A stretch of 64,000 bases of DNA from a virus. The position numbers and the translations under genes are program-made. How positions within the stretch are numbered: the stretch's first letter is position 1; each line of letters starts with the position of its first letter. The stretch spans positions 1 to 64,000 of the IMG/VR virus record IMGVR_UViG_3300046321_000098; one strand, given 5' to 3'. A model generated the notes under the pieces. That model was not told the origin of the DNA. It ran no database searches and saw only the letters and a program-made list of their open reading frames with translations. Of the stretch, positions 1 to 10,035 are shown one piece after another.

Positions 1-1311
1 CCTCGAACAAGGGGTGTGATATTCCGTAAGACAACAAAACAACTTAGTAACAGTGGCGGTCTTTTTGATGCAGCTATCCAACTATATAAAAAAGTTGACC
101 CAAATTTAAAGATTAGAAACCGTGACTTAGAGATCATATTCAGTTCTGGTGCTACACTTAAATTTGCATATCTGGATAATCCCTCTGATAAGTACAATTG
201 GCAGGGCGCAGAGCTGAACTTTCTTGGTTTTGACGAAATTCAGCAGCTTTCCAGAGCTAACGTAGTCTATCTTTTCAGTAGATTACGGTCAACATCTGTG
301 GACTTCAAGAAGCAAATCTTTGCTACAGGCAACCCTGACTACGATTCATTCATTCGTGAATGGGTTGAATACTCTTTAGACGAAAGAGGTATTCCTATCT
401 TGAAGGACGAATATCCTAATAGATACTTTGTTCAGGTATCAGGTGGTGGAATGGAGTGGTCAGATTCAAGAGAAGAGTTGGAGAAGATACACGGTGAAGG
501 CGGTGAGTCAGGTATTATGAGCTTCAAGTTTGTACCTGGGAATATATACAGTAATCCTGTATTAATGAAGAATGACCCCAGCTATATCTCTAAGTTAAAA
601 GCTCTTCCCTTGGTAGAAAAAGAGCGTCTACTTTATGGCTCTTGGTACGCACGAGAAAGTGCATCAGGTTATTGGAAAGAACACTGGACGACCGAAGTTC
701 TTTATCCACCAGCTAGGGTCTTAAAACGAGTTCGTTGTTGGGATTTGTCTTTCACAAAACCAAATGAATCGAGTTCAAAGAACCCTGACTACACAGCGGG
801 TGTACTGATGTCAAAAGACACAAAAGCACTGTACACCGTTGAGGATGTTGTCCGTATCCGAGACAGAGCGCACGTTGTTGAGGAGCTTATTCTTAACACA
901 GCAAAAGCAGACGGTAACAACGTAATTGTCGGGTTACCGCTCGACCCCGCTGGTGGTGGAGCTTATGCAAAAGGCTTACAGAAACGCCTACTTGAAGCTG
1001 GTTTCATCTGCAGATTGGTTAAACCTGTGAAAGCGAAGGTTCAACGTTTCGCACCGTTCGCAGCAGTAGCAGAGGGCGGTTTTGTGAGTATTGTAAAGGG
1101 TGATTGGAACTCGGAATATCACCGTGAACTAGAAACATTTGATGGTTCTAATAAATTTAAGGACGATCAAGCCGATGCCTCTAGTGATTGTTTTGCTTTG
1201 TTAAACAAGCAACAAAACCTCCCCTCCTTCCAACTCCCCAACCTAACCCAATCCACCCAATTCGGCTTCCAATCTTCACAAATCCCATCCGACCTAGTAA
1301 CACCCCTCTAG
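1..1311 (+). CDS. terL: Terminase large subunit (5'-partial)
   Basis: Walker B LGFDE, ATGNP coupling motif, C-terminal RNase H-like nuclease (WDLS...DYTAG...DDQADA); frame open from base 1. Confidence 0.95.
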   Translation, partial: PRTRGVIFRKTTKQLSNSGGLFDAAIQLYKKVDPNLKIRNRDLEIIFSSGATLKFAYLDNPSDKYNWQGAELNFLGFDEIQQLSRANVVYLFSRLRSTSVDFKKQIFATGNPDYDSFIREWVEYSLDERGIPILKDEYPNRYFVQVSGGGMEWSDSREELEKIHGEGGESGIMSFKFVPGNIYSNPVLMKNDPSYISKLKALPLVEKERLLYGSWYARESASGYWKEHWTTEVLYPPARVLKRVRCWDLSFTKPNESSSKNPDYTAGVLMSKDTKALYTVEDVVRIRDRAHVVEELILNTAKADGNNVIVGLPLDPAGGGAYAKGLQKRLLEAGFICRLVKPVKAKVQRFAPFAAVAEGGFVSIVKGDWNSEYHRELETFDGSNKFKDDQADASSDCFALLNKQQNLPSFQLPNLTQSTQFGFQSSQIPSDLVTPL

Positions 1312-1334
1312 GCTTAAAACATTCAGGTTATTAA

Positions 1335-2795
1335 ATGACAAGAAAACAAATAAAAAAAGCTCAATCATCATTAGATAAACCTGAACCGTTTCAACTAGGT
1401 GAGATGGGAATATCTGGTGCTCCAATCTTTGCAGGCATTCCAGCCAACGAGATTAAGCGAGAGCTGAATTTTCCTACTAACTTGACAACGTTTAAAAAGA
1501 TGATGTTGCATCCAGCAGTGAATGCAAGTATGTCATTGCATAAATCAATGTTAAGCAAGGCAACCTTCCGTGTCTTACCTTGCAAGAATCCTACAGCAAA
1601 AGAGAAGTTCCAAGCTAAGAAGATTGAAGAAATGCTTACTGACATGGATACACCTTTGGAGGATGTTGTTTCCTCCAGCTTGTCAGCATTGGAATATGGT
1701 TTCGCCCCACTTGAAAAAGTGTTTCGCTTACGGGAAAAAGCCTTTGGGTCTAAATACAGTGATGGATTGATTGGTGTCAAAAAGTTAGCCTTACGACACC
1801 AAGAGTCAATTGACACCTTCATCTTCGATGATGAAGGTAACGAAGTCCTCGGTTTGAAACAAAGCTTGACGAATGTAAATGACCCAATGGGGCGTTACAC
1901 TAAATGTGCCAAGGGTGACATTGTGTTACCCCGTGAGAAGTTCATGCTTTTTACCGTAGGTAACGACAAGAGTAATCCTTATGGAACTAGCCCTTTGAGG
2001 AATGTTTTTTTACCGTGGAAGTATTTGCAAGCGATTGAGGAACTTGAGGCAAGTGGCATTGCCAAGGATCTAGCTGGACTACCTTTTATTCGCATCCCTG
2101 CTCAAATGATGTCAGCCGATGCAAGTACAGAGCAGAAGCTTGCTTTTGAGCAATTCAAAGCAATCGGACGTAATCTACAAAACAACGCACAAGCTTGTGT
2201 AATCTTACCAAGTGATTGTGACCCTGATACACGTCAACCTTTGTTCAGTTTAGAGTTACTGGAAAACGTATCAAAGAAGAGTTTCAACACTACCGATGTG
2301 AAGTCCTACTACCGTGAGATGATTTTCATTGGGTTGAGTGCTGATTTGTTGCTGATGGGAAACACAACCACAGGTTCATTTGCATTGGGTGCAATTAAGC
2401 AATCCTTGACAGGTGCAACCGTCGAAGGCTACCTCAAAAACATTGTTCAAACATTCAACCTTGATTTGATTAAACACTTGTACGAGTTGAACAGCTGGGA
2501 TGTCAGCCGCATGTGCGAACTGGATTTTGAGGGGTTCGAAGATGTGGATTTAGACTCCTTTAGTAAGTCAATCCAACGAATTGGGTCTGTAGGTTATCTC
2601 CCACGTACACTAGATGTCGTCAACGACATTCTAAGAAAGCACGGATTAGACGCACTGCCAGAAGGTACTGAACTGGATGATATTTTACCAGAGAAAACAT
2701 CGAAAGCCTCAGAAGGCATGAAAACTGCTGCTGACGGTACAGCCAATGAAGTTACTGGTAAAGACTCTGCTAGTTTGAATACCGAGAATAGTTGA
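1335..2795 (+). CDS. Portal protein
   Basis: 486 aa directly after terL; YGFAPLEKVF and NPYGTSPLR motifs typical of DUF935/Mu gp29-like portals. Confidence 0.9.
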   Translation: MTRKQIKKAQSSLDKPEPFQLGEMGISGAPIFAGIPANEIKRELNFPTNLTTFKKMMLHPAVNASMSLHKSMLSKATFRVLPCKNPTAKEKFQAKKIEEMLTDMDTPLEDVVSSSLSALEYGFAPLEKVFRLREKAFGSKYSDGLIGVKKLALRHQESIDTFIFDDEGNEVLGLKQSLTNVNDPMGRYTKCAKGDIVLPREKFMLFTVGNDKSNPYGTSPLRNVFLPWKYLQAIEELEASGIAKDLAGLPFIRIPAQMMSADASTEQKLAFEQFKAIGRNLQNNAQACVILPSDCDPDTRQPLFSLELLENVSKKSFNTTDVKSYYREMIFIGLSADLLLMGNTTTGSFALGAIKQSLTGATVEGYLKNIVQTFNLDLIKHLYELNSWDVSRMCELDFEGFEDVDLDSFSKSIQRIGSVGYLPRTLDVVNDILRKHGLDALPEGTELDDILPEKTSKASEGMKTAADGTANEVTGKDSASLNTENS

Positions 2796-2820
2796 TATTT
2801 GTAACATTTCGTGTTACAAT
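2792..2820 (+). promoter_or_regulatory. Sigma70-like promoter with embedded TGTAAC..GTTACA palindrome
   Basis: TTGATA-17nt-TACAAT; TGTAACA-N5-TGTTACA overlaps spacer and -10. Confidence 0.65.
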
Positions 2821-2828
2821 TGTAGATT

Positions 2829-2916
2829 GACAACGGCTAGGGTCATTCCCGAAAAGAAGATTAGTTACCTTCCTGCCTGTTGTTTTATTAGTAACTTCCA
2901 TTAACTAAGGAATACA
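2829..2916 (+). ncRNA. Structured RNA leader (three-way junction, anti-RBS loop), copy 1
   Basis: P1 2829-2837/2875-2884, GGG-TCATT-CCC, GAAG-loop-CTTC; similar to 14288-14376. Confidence 0.7.
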
Positions 2917-3510
2917 ATGACAAAGATACTTAAGAAATATGAGTTAAATAGGGAGTATGTAGTTCAGATATTAGAGTATGAACCACAAACTGGTGAATTT
3001 TTCTGGCTAGTACCCAAGGCAATGAGAGTTAACATTGGAGACTTAGCGGGTAACTATCGTAAGCAAAGTGGATATGTAACAATTAGTATTGATAATGTAG
3101 ACTACAAAGCGCATCACTTAGTCTGGTTGTACCATTATGGAGTTTTCCCTGTACTAGAGATTGACCACATAGACGGTAATCGAGCGAATAATAGGGTGGA
3201 TAATCTAAGAGAGGTCACATCCTCTACCAACGCAATGAATCGTAAAATGAGGGAAGATTGTTCATCAGGGGTCACTGGGGTAAGCCTGAGAAGAGGAAAA
3301 GGGAGAAACGGGAATCCATATCACGCATGGGTGGCGTTCTGGTGTGATTCAGACGGTAAACAGCGGTTTAAGAATTTTGCTGTAATCAAATACGGGTTTG
3401 ATACCGCCAAGCAAATGGCAATATCCTACAGAGAAGCACGTATACGTGAACTAAACACAGCAGGCGCTGATTACACAGAAAGACATGGAAAGCAATGTTC
3501 ACAGCATTAA
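2917..3510 (+). CDS. HNH homing endonuclease with AP2-like C-terminal domain
   Basis: YKAHHLVW...IDHIDGNRANNRVDNLR; SSGVTGVS. Confidence 0.92.
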   Translation: MTKILKKYELNREYVVQILEYEPQTGEFFWLVPKAMRVNIGDLAGNYRKQSGYVTISIDNVDYKAHHLVWLYHYGVFPVLEIDHIDGNRANNRVDNLREVTSSTNAMNRKMREDCSSGVTGVSLRRGKGRNGNPYHAWVAFWCDSDGKQRFKNFAVIKYGFDTAKQMAISYREARIRELNTAGADYTERHGKQCSQH

Positions 3511-4148
3511 ACACTCTCCCCTCATTAGAGGGGAAACCTAGAGACATTCGTGTACTCTTTGCAGACACAGCTAATACAGCCTTAAATTCAGGACGCTCGG
3601 AAGATGAAGCAATTTTTAAGGGTTTAGCTGTCGTAAAGCAAGCAGAGCAGTTCAGTATTAAAAAATACACCAGACCTGTTATCCCTTTGCACTTACAAGC
3701 AATACTAGACCTCAAGAATGCTCCTAAACCCTCTAAAGAAGAGCTACAAGAGCTTGAAAAAGCAAATGAACCTGTAAGTAGCTTACAAGCTGGAAAAGAG
3801 ATTGTTAGTGCTGAATTTGACTATCAAGGACGTTTAACATTAAAGTTCAAGGATGGTAAGAAAATCATCAGCAATGTTGCCCCTGTTACAGCGGTGCAGA
3901 ACACAGTTGTTGTTACAGCCTCAGGTGGCACGGGAACAATCAGTACTGAAACAGAGGGACTTGATGAGCTTACCTACAGCGGAGAGGATTTACAAAGAGT
4001 GGACTACGCAGATGGTACATATAAGCTCTTGTATTGGACGAATGGCGTCTTGGAGTATGTAGACCACTTCCAAACAGACCAAACAGTTCGTAAGACTCTT
4101 AACTACACACTTGGGGTATTGACCTCGGTTTTAACAGAAATATTATAA
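3495..4148 (+). CDS. Probable head-associated protein, ChaB-like N-terminus plus beta-rich C-terminal extension
   Basis: LPSL...LFADTANTAL...EDEAIFKGLAVVK resembles the ChaB helical motif; position after portal. Confidence 0.5.
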   Translation: MFTALNTLPSLEGKPRDIRVLFADTANTALNSGRSEDEAIFKGLAVVKQAEQFSIKKYTRPVIPLHLQAILDLKNAPKPSKEELQELEKANEPVSSLQAGKEIVSAEFDYQGRLTLKFKDGKKIISNVAPVTAVQNTVVVTASGGTGTISTETEGLDELTYSGEDLQRVDYADGTYKLLYWTNGVLEYVDHFQTDQTVRKTLNYTLGVLTSVLTEIL

Positions 4149-4149
4149 A

Positions 4150-6744
4150 ATGACAGCATATACTCTAGCAGCTAACGCAAATTTGAGACAGGTGGGTACT
4201 GCAGGTGTATGGGGTGTGGTAACTGCGAGAACTGGCGGTGATACAGTAGATAGTAATGGATTCAATTTAACAATAGACCAAGACACAAGGTACGGTTTTA
4301 GTGGTACAACTTCTACAAGTTTTGGCTCTATAACCATTAACGCAAACAAAGGTGGTCAATTAAATATTGATGCTAGGTTTGTTCGTATGATACCGTTTAC
4401 AGGTGGCTCTGGGACAATTACTGCAGGTACGACAATTACTTGCGGCTCAGGTACTGGGGCAGTCATTGGGTTATATTCCTCATTAACAACTGCTCCAGTG
4501 TTAACAGGAGTGGCATCAGGTTGGATTAAAGTAACCGCTTGGAACGGTATATCTTTTCCTACCAGTGGTACATTTACTCAGGCAGGTTATACATTCACAA
4601 TCTCAGGTGCAAGCATTGTAGGGTTTATTGAGGTGGTGGGAGATGAAGCTGGGACGATTGTAGCAAATCGATTAGGTTCAGTGAACATCACAGGGGAGTG
4701 GTTTGAGGTTGGCACAACATCAGGCTCCTCTGCTACGACTTACCAGCTTCCCACCAATGGTGCTATTCAATACTACCCATCATTATGGGTGGAGACAGGT
4801 GTAGGTACAGGTGTATATGAATCTTATCCGAACTCTGGCTCTTTGGTTGCAGCAAGTTCTACACCAACAGACGCAGTACGTGGTAAGTTCTGCTGGACAA
4901 CTACAGCAGGGGTGCTACGATTCGGCTCAGACGGAACAAACACTGTAGGTTATCTCCCACCAGCAGGGTTAAAAATCCGCTTACCAAATATCCTTTTAAA
5001 CAATTGCACCACGGCAGCAAGGACTGCAAATGTCTTACCAAACGCTACCTTAGCAACAAGGTACGATTTTACCTGTACTGGCGGTGGCGTTGTAAACATC
5101 AACAAAGCTAACTGTAACTGGTATCCAAGTTTTAACCAAGCATTTTCTGTAAATCTTAGCTACACAGGCATCGCAGAGCAACTACTTGTTTCTGAGATTG
5201 CTCAACCTTGCATTTGGGATAATGTTGCTGTGGGACAATCCGCAGCACAGGCTCAAATTGCTTTATCCATGTCCTTGTGCTTTGCAGGTGGAACAATTAG
5301 TAATTGTAATTTTACTCGTGCAACTCAGGCTACAGCTCTGGCTGTACGGACACTTACAGATATTTCAGATTTTGTGTTCACTGGGAATCGTTGGAGGTCT
5401 AGGGTTCTTCGTGCTGCTGCGAATACAATGATGGCAACTGATACTAGGGTTGCAGATTGTACGTTCACAAATGAAGTGACTATGGGGCAGATTAACCTTG
5501 TGACCTGTACTAATGTAACGTACACAAACCGCGTTTACTATGACCAACTTATAGCAACTACAGCAACCAATCCTTTAAGTGCTTGGGCTTTGTCTTCAAA
5601 CTGCGTAAATATTAAATTAGATGGTTTAACTTTTGGAGGGTTGACAAATGCTCACCCTTACACAGCTATCCTAAGTATTGCTGCTGCAGGGTGTACAGGT
5701 ATTAAATTAAGAAACATCGGCACAAGCCTTGTGCCGTTGAGTCTAGGTTCTGCAAATGCAACAGGTTTGATATACACCCTTGCCGCTGGTGCTGCTGCCT
5801 CTGATGTTAAAGTACAAAGGGTTTACTGCTCGAACACTAGAATAGGTGTTATGACAGGAGACAACTCCAGTACACGAGTGGTGGAAGAGAGTGTTTTTGG
5901 GGACTATGCTAATGCAGCTGTTGTTGCCGCTGTTTTAAACTACACTAGAAAAGGTAGAGGCGGTACGATAGCTGTTACAGCACAAACTGCTATTTACGGT
6001 ACACATTGGTACGACTGCTACACAAGCACAACAGCAGGACGTATTGGTTTAATGATGAATGAGGCAACATCATTAACCTCGTCTCAGATTACTTTGACAA
6101 ACGGTGCAGCGTTTACTTCAACAGGTGGTTTGTACATGCCAACAATAGGTATGACAGCCCTCTTTGAGATACCTTATTACCTAATTGGTCATACTGGGTT
6201 TCAGAACTCACCTGCTATTATGGCAGGGGGTACATCTACTAACTACACGTATGGTTTTCAGATAGATAAGAATGACGGTGCTGGTTGGAGTACATTAACT
6301 TCTGGTTCTACGACTACAACTCTTGCAACTGCTTTAAATGCTTTAACAGGTATTAATGCATTACTGGGGTTTAAGCTGAGAATCAAGATTACAACTACAG
6401 TTGCAAACACTACAGCTATAACCTCATTCTATTTACTCACCAGCTCAACTACAACAACTCAGGGTTATCAGTATCCATTAGAGACTAATACTTTCACCTT
6501 GACTGGGTTAGTATCAGGGTCAGATATTGTGATAAAGACAAGTGATACAAACACAGCATTGGTTAACGTAGACCAGAACCTGACAGACTCTTACGGCTAT
6601 GTTTATACTTTCACTCCGAGTACTTATGTGGATATAAAAGTGATAAAAGCTGGTTATATCCCTTATCAAGTCTATGACTACCTTCTCAGTAGTGCCGATG
6701 CTTCACTACCTATCGCTCAAGTTATAGACAGGAATTATGTATGA
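4150..6744 (+). CDS. Large Thr/Gly-rich beta-helix-like probable virion protein
   Basis: 864 aa, T/G/S/A-rich, central repeats like GTISNCNF/DCTFTN/TNVTYTN, ends DRNYV. Confidence 0.6.
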   Translation: MTAYTLAANANLRQVGTAGVWGVVTARTGGDTVDSNGFNLTIDQDTRYGFSGTTSTSFGSITINANKGGQLNIDARFVRMIPFTGGSGTITAGTTITCGSGTGAVIGLYSSLTTAPVLTGVASGWIKVTAWNGISFPTSGTFTQAGYTFTISGASIVGFIEVVGDEAGTIVANRLGSVNITGEWFEVGTTSGSSATTYQLPTNGAIQYYPSLWVETGVGTGVYESYPNSGSLVAASSTPTDAVRGKFCWTTTAGVLRFGSDGTNTVGYLPPAGLKIRLPNILLNNCTTAARTANVLPNATLATRYDFTCTGGGVVNINKANCNWYPSFNQAFSVNLSYTGIAEQLLVSEIAQPCIWDNVAVGQSAAQAQIALSMSLCFAGGTISNCNFTRATQATALAVRTLTDISDFVFTGNRWRSRVLRAAANTMMATDTRVADCTFTNEVTMGQINLVTCTNVTYTNRVYYDQLIATTATNPLSAWALSSNCVNIKLDGLTFGGLTNAHPYTAILSIAAAGCTGIKLRNIGTSLVPLSLGSANATGLIYTLAAGAAASDVKVQRVYCSNTRIGVMTGDNSSTRVVEESVFGDYANAAVVAAVLNYTRKGRGGTIAVTAQTAIYGTHWYDCYTSTTAGRIGLMMNEATSLTSSQITLTNGAAFTSTGGLYMPTIGMTALFEIPYYLIGHTGFQNSPAIMAGGTSTNYTYGFQIDKNDGAGWSTLTSGSTTTTLATALNALTGINALLGFKLRIKITTTVANTTAITSFYLLTSSTTTTQGYQYPLETNTFTLTGLVSGSDIVIKTSDTNTALVNVDQNLTDSYGYVYTFTPSTYVDIKVIKAGYIPYQVYDYLLSSADASLPIAQVIDRNYV

Positions 6745-6941
6745 AATCACCTCCTAAAATTACACTCCGTATAACGGACTCTACTGATGGTAAAAATATC
6801 GGATATGAGTTTGTTTTCTTAACAAATCAGATTGTCTTTGGAGATGGTGTAACCATTGACTTTGATAAAACAATTCCCTTGACGGACGGTATCCGTTTTG
6901 CATCTAGTTCTTATATCATCGACACTATACAGGTAAAATAA
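6741..6941 (+). CDS. Hypothetical protein
   Basis: ATGA overlap with upstream gene, fills operon gap. Confidence 0.6.
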   Translation: MKSPPKITLRITDSTDGKNIGYEFVFLTNQIVFGDGVTIDFDKTIPLTDGIRFASSSYIIDTIQVK

Positions 6942-6942
6942 A

Positions 6943-8619
6943 ATGGCAAAAATCACAAACCGCGCTCAACTAAATATAGGTACAGAGCTAACAGTAGATG
7001 TAGGTACTAGGACTATTACATTAAATGTTGCAGGTAACCTTGTAGCAAAAGATGGTGTATCTTGGCAAGCACTTTATTCTAAGTTAATTCAACTTTGGGA
7101 ATCCTCTGCATATAATGAACACCCTTTTCCGTTCTATACAATTGACGCTCTGTCAGGTCAGTTTAATATAGGTTTTGATGGTACTAGATACAACAACTGG
7201 GTATTTGGTGGAACTTTGGCTACAGGTACACGTCTGTATCTGCGTGATGGTGGTTGGAATGAGTACACCCCCACAGGTGCAGGTGCTGACGGTACGGCGG
7301 CAGCGGGATCGATTTCAAGCACCTTTGCAGGTGTAGTGTCCCTAGGTTCTGTTTCAACCGCTGCACAACTTTATTATCAAAAAGTAGCGGCAGGTGCTGC
7401 GATTGACTTTACTTACACAGATGCTGCTAACTTAGGTGTGCAAGTTTATGGTGACGCTGCAAACGGTAACTTCACTAATAACACTTACATGAAGGGTTAT
7501 TGCCGTATTTACGCTAAGAAGTACACTGACTCTGTTTTAGCGGATACAGGTAAGACAGGTACTGGTGCATATCTTGTTAATTTGTTGCTATCTAACTCTG
7601 ACGACTTAGACATTGTTAACACCGATACGGACGTTATTACAACACCTATTACACCCTATAATAAGATGCGTATCAACTATTTCTCTGGTGCTTTCCAGAA
7701 GGACGTTGACCTTGTGGGTACGCCTCGTAGTTTTGGTATTGTCGTGGATGTAGGCACTCACTCAGGTATTGATGGTTCTGGCACTTCTGGTGCACCTGTA
7801 TTTACTTCCACAGTAGGAGGTATCACAGGTGCAAATTTCACAGGTGGTACACTACGCATTCACACCGGCGCTGCGAAAGGTCTGTATACGATTAGTGGTT
7901 CTCCTACAAGTACAGTGGTAACTTTAACAACTAACTTATTAGGTGCTGCCTCTGGAGCAAGTTTTACGCTTTCACCTGCTACACCTGTTACAGCAACACT
8001 GAAGCAAGTTTACACATTCGTACAAGCCAAGTTACGTCAAGCTACTACAATTAATAATGTCAACGGTGGTACTTCCGTAATCGGTAAAACAGCTTCGTTG
8101 CTGATGAACTGGACAGCTAAACTTGTTTGTGGATTTTATGCCCCAACAAACCCCGCTGGAGGTGGCACAGGTGTAATTGTTGAAGGTCTAGCAGATGCAG
8201 ATATTAATACAATTCAGTTCTTCGATAATTCCGCAGCTCAACGTGAGTACCCTTTTGCTTCTGCAGGTACACTAGATTTCTCTGCTAATTTAGTAGGTGG
8301 CTGGTACGTATTGTATTATTCCGATTTATCTTCTACGAACGACTGGGGTACTACCAACGCTGTTATTGTTAAAAACAAAGCAGGAGTAGATATTGCGGGG
8401 ACAGTTGGTGCAGCGTCTATACCTTTCAATTATGACTACACCAATGACACAGCAGGTGGATTACGCACAGGAAGTACAGACACTGCTGTTACCCTAGTAG
8501 CAGGTAAGTCTGGTTCTGCTAAACCTGTTGTTGTGGCAACATCTCCTAGTGGTGGTTTAACTGCCTCAAAAGGAATTAAAATTGCAGCAGTTGCCGAAAC
8601 TGACCGAGCCTACGCATAA
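6943..8619 (+). CDS. Thr/Gly-rich probable virion protein
   Basis: 558 aa beta-rich; N-terminus resembles 8632-9114; ends DRAYA. Confidence 0.6.
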   Translation: MAKITNRAQLNIGTELTVDVGTRTITLNVAGNLVAKDGVSWQALYSKLIQLWESSAYNEHPFPFYTIDALSGQFNIGFDGTRYNNWVFGGTLATGTRLYLRDGGWNEYTPTGAGADGTAAAGSISSTFAGVVSLGSVSTAAQLYYQKVAAGAAIDFTYTDAANLGVQVYGDAANGNFTNNTYMKGYCRIYAKKYTDSVLADTGKTGTGAYLVNLLLSNSDDLDIVNTDTDVITTPITPYNKMRINYFSGAFQKDVDLVGTPRSFGIVVDVGTHSGIDGSGTSGAPVFTSTVGGITGANFTGGTLRIHTGAAKGLYTISGSPTSTVVTLTTNLLGAASGASFTLSPATPVTATLKQVYTFVQAKLRQATTINNVNGGTSVIGKTASLLMNWTAKLVCGFYAPTNPAGGGTGVIVEGLADADINTIQFFDNSAAQREYPFASAGTLDFSANLVGGWYVLYYSDLSSTNDWGTTNAVIVKNKAGVDIAGTVGAASIPFNYDYTNDTAGGLRTGSTDTAVTLVAGKSGSAKPVVVATSPSGGLTASKGIKIAAVAETDRAYA

Positions 8620-8631
8620 TGGAGTAAATTA

Positions 8632-9114
8632 ATGGCATTAACAATCGACCCTGCTACAAAAAGATTTGTACTGGATAGCAACAATGTCACAGTTCAAAGC
8701 ATATACTCAGCTTGGGTTGATTGGCTAGCTGTCGGGGACAATAGTAAATATTTACCTGCTTTTTCTACTGTAGGTGGTGACACTTTAGGAGGGGGGTTGT
8801 CAATACCTCCTTATTACTTTTTAATAAATGGCTGGCGTGTTCGCCCAATGGAAGCTAATCAGACACTGGTTCTTACGGGTAACCTGTTTGTGGATGGTGG
8901 TGGTGATCCCATTGTACCAACACTCGGTGTATTCAATGTTTTGGTGAAGTCCGTTGTTCCTGTCCAAGCTCAAGGTATCTCTACTGGTGGTGCAGCAGAC
9001 CCTGCAGTTGTAGCACAAGCAGTACGTGACGCTCTAGCTGTTGAACTAGCAAGAATAGATAAAAAGATTTCATCAAGAGCCACTGCTGCTGATATTGTGG
9101 CACTATCTAGGTAG
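8632..9114 (+). CDS. Probable virion protein, paralogous to N-terminus of 6943-8619
   Basis: GGAG RBS; shared (I/V)D..T.....V..Q.(I/L)YS...W pattern. Confidence 0.6.
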   Translation: MALTIDPATKRFVLDSNNVTVQSIYSAWVDWLAVGDNSKYLPAFSTVGGDTLGGGLSIPPYYFLINGWRVRPMEANQTLVLTGNLFVDGGGDPIVPTLGVFNVLVKSVVPVQAQGISTGGAADPAVVAQAVRDALAVELARIDKKISSRATAADIVALSR

Positions 9115-9191
9115 TAATTGAATATAAATATCTGATATAACATAAAATAGTGATAAAGTCCAGAATTATTTTAATAATACTTACTTTTCCC

Positions 9192-9220
9192 TTGATTTTT
9201 ATGTAACAATATGTTATAAT
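9192..9220 (+). promoter_or_regulatory. Sigma70-like promoter with TGTAAC box
   Basis: TTGATT-17nt-TATAAT with extended TG; TGTAAC-N5-GTTATA. Confidence 0.7.
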
Positions 9221-9242
9221 TGAATATAAGTACAGGAAAATA

Positions 9243-10028
9243 ATGAATAATAAATTTAAACCCACGGATGCTGTACTAGATAACATCCAAAGAGGTATTG
9301 CTCTTAGTAAGAAATATGAGCGAAACTCTTTTGCTGGTCAGCACCGCAAACAGCAAGTTGATATTACTAAGTCCTACTTAGTCAACGGCTTTGACATTAA
9401 AGCTGTGAGTAATATCTATCACACACTGTCTAAATTAGAGAAATCAATTAAACCTGATACTCGTTTGTGGGATGGTGGTTGTACTGATGACGTGATTAAA
9501 TATTATGCTCATGGTGGTAAGGCGGGACTTGCTTGGTCAAGGTTAGTCTTAAAAGAACAAGGAATGCTTGACTCTTATAAAAGAGATGTTACTACGGCTG
9601 AAACAGAAGAAACTGAAAACGACTCTATTGGAAGCATCGGAGTTCTGAAGTCAGTCGATGAGATGCAACGGATGGCAACCTTTGTTGTACTGGAGCCTCA
9701 AGATGATTCAGGCATGACGAGTGACTTGCATGGAGATTACTATGACGCACAGACTGTAGAAAAAGCTTGTAGGAGTTTTAATAACCAGTGCAAAAAAGCT
9801 AATCTTTTTCATGCTGTTGAAACCACAGCATTCACCTTCGTAGAGTCATATATAACACCTGCTGACATGATTATCAATGAAACTTTCATTAAGAAAGGAA
9901 CGTGGTTAGCAACAATCCAAGTAAGTGAAGAACCTGAGTACGAATTTATCTGGCAAGGTATCCTTTCTGGCGAGTTCAATGGGTTATCTATTCAAGCTAT
10001 GGGGACAGTAGAACAACTCACAGATTAA
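9243..10028 (+). CDS. Prohead protease, XkdF-like
   Basis: VLEP...DLHGD...NLFH...VESYI...KGTW...FNGLSI motifs; precedes scaffold and capsid. Confidence 0.85.
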   Translation: MNNKFKPTDAVLDNIQRGIALSKKYERNSFAGQHRKQQVDITKSYLVNGFDIKAVSNIYHTLSKLEKSIKPDTRLWDGGCTDDVIKYYAHGGKAGLAWSRLVLKEQGMLDSYKRDVTTAETEETENDSIGSIGVLKSVDEMQRMATFVVLEPQDDSGMTSDLHGDYYDAQTVEKACRSFNNQCKKANLFHAVETTAFTFVESYITPADMIINETFIKKGTWLATIQVSEEPEYEFIWQGILSGEFNGLSIQAMGTVEQLTD

Positions 10029-10035
10029 GGAACAC

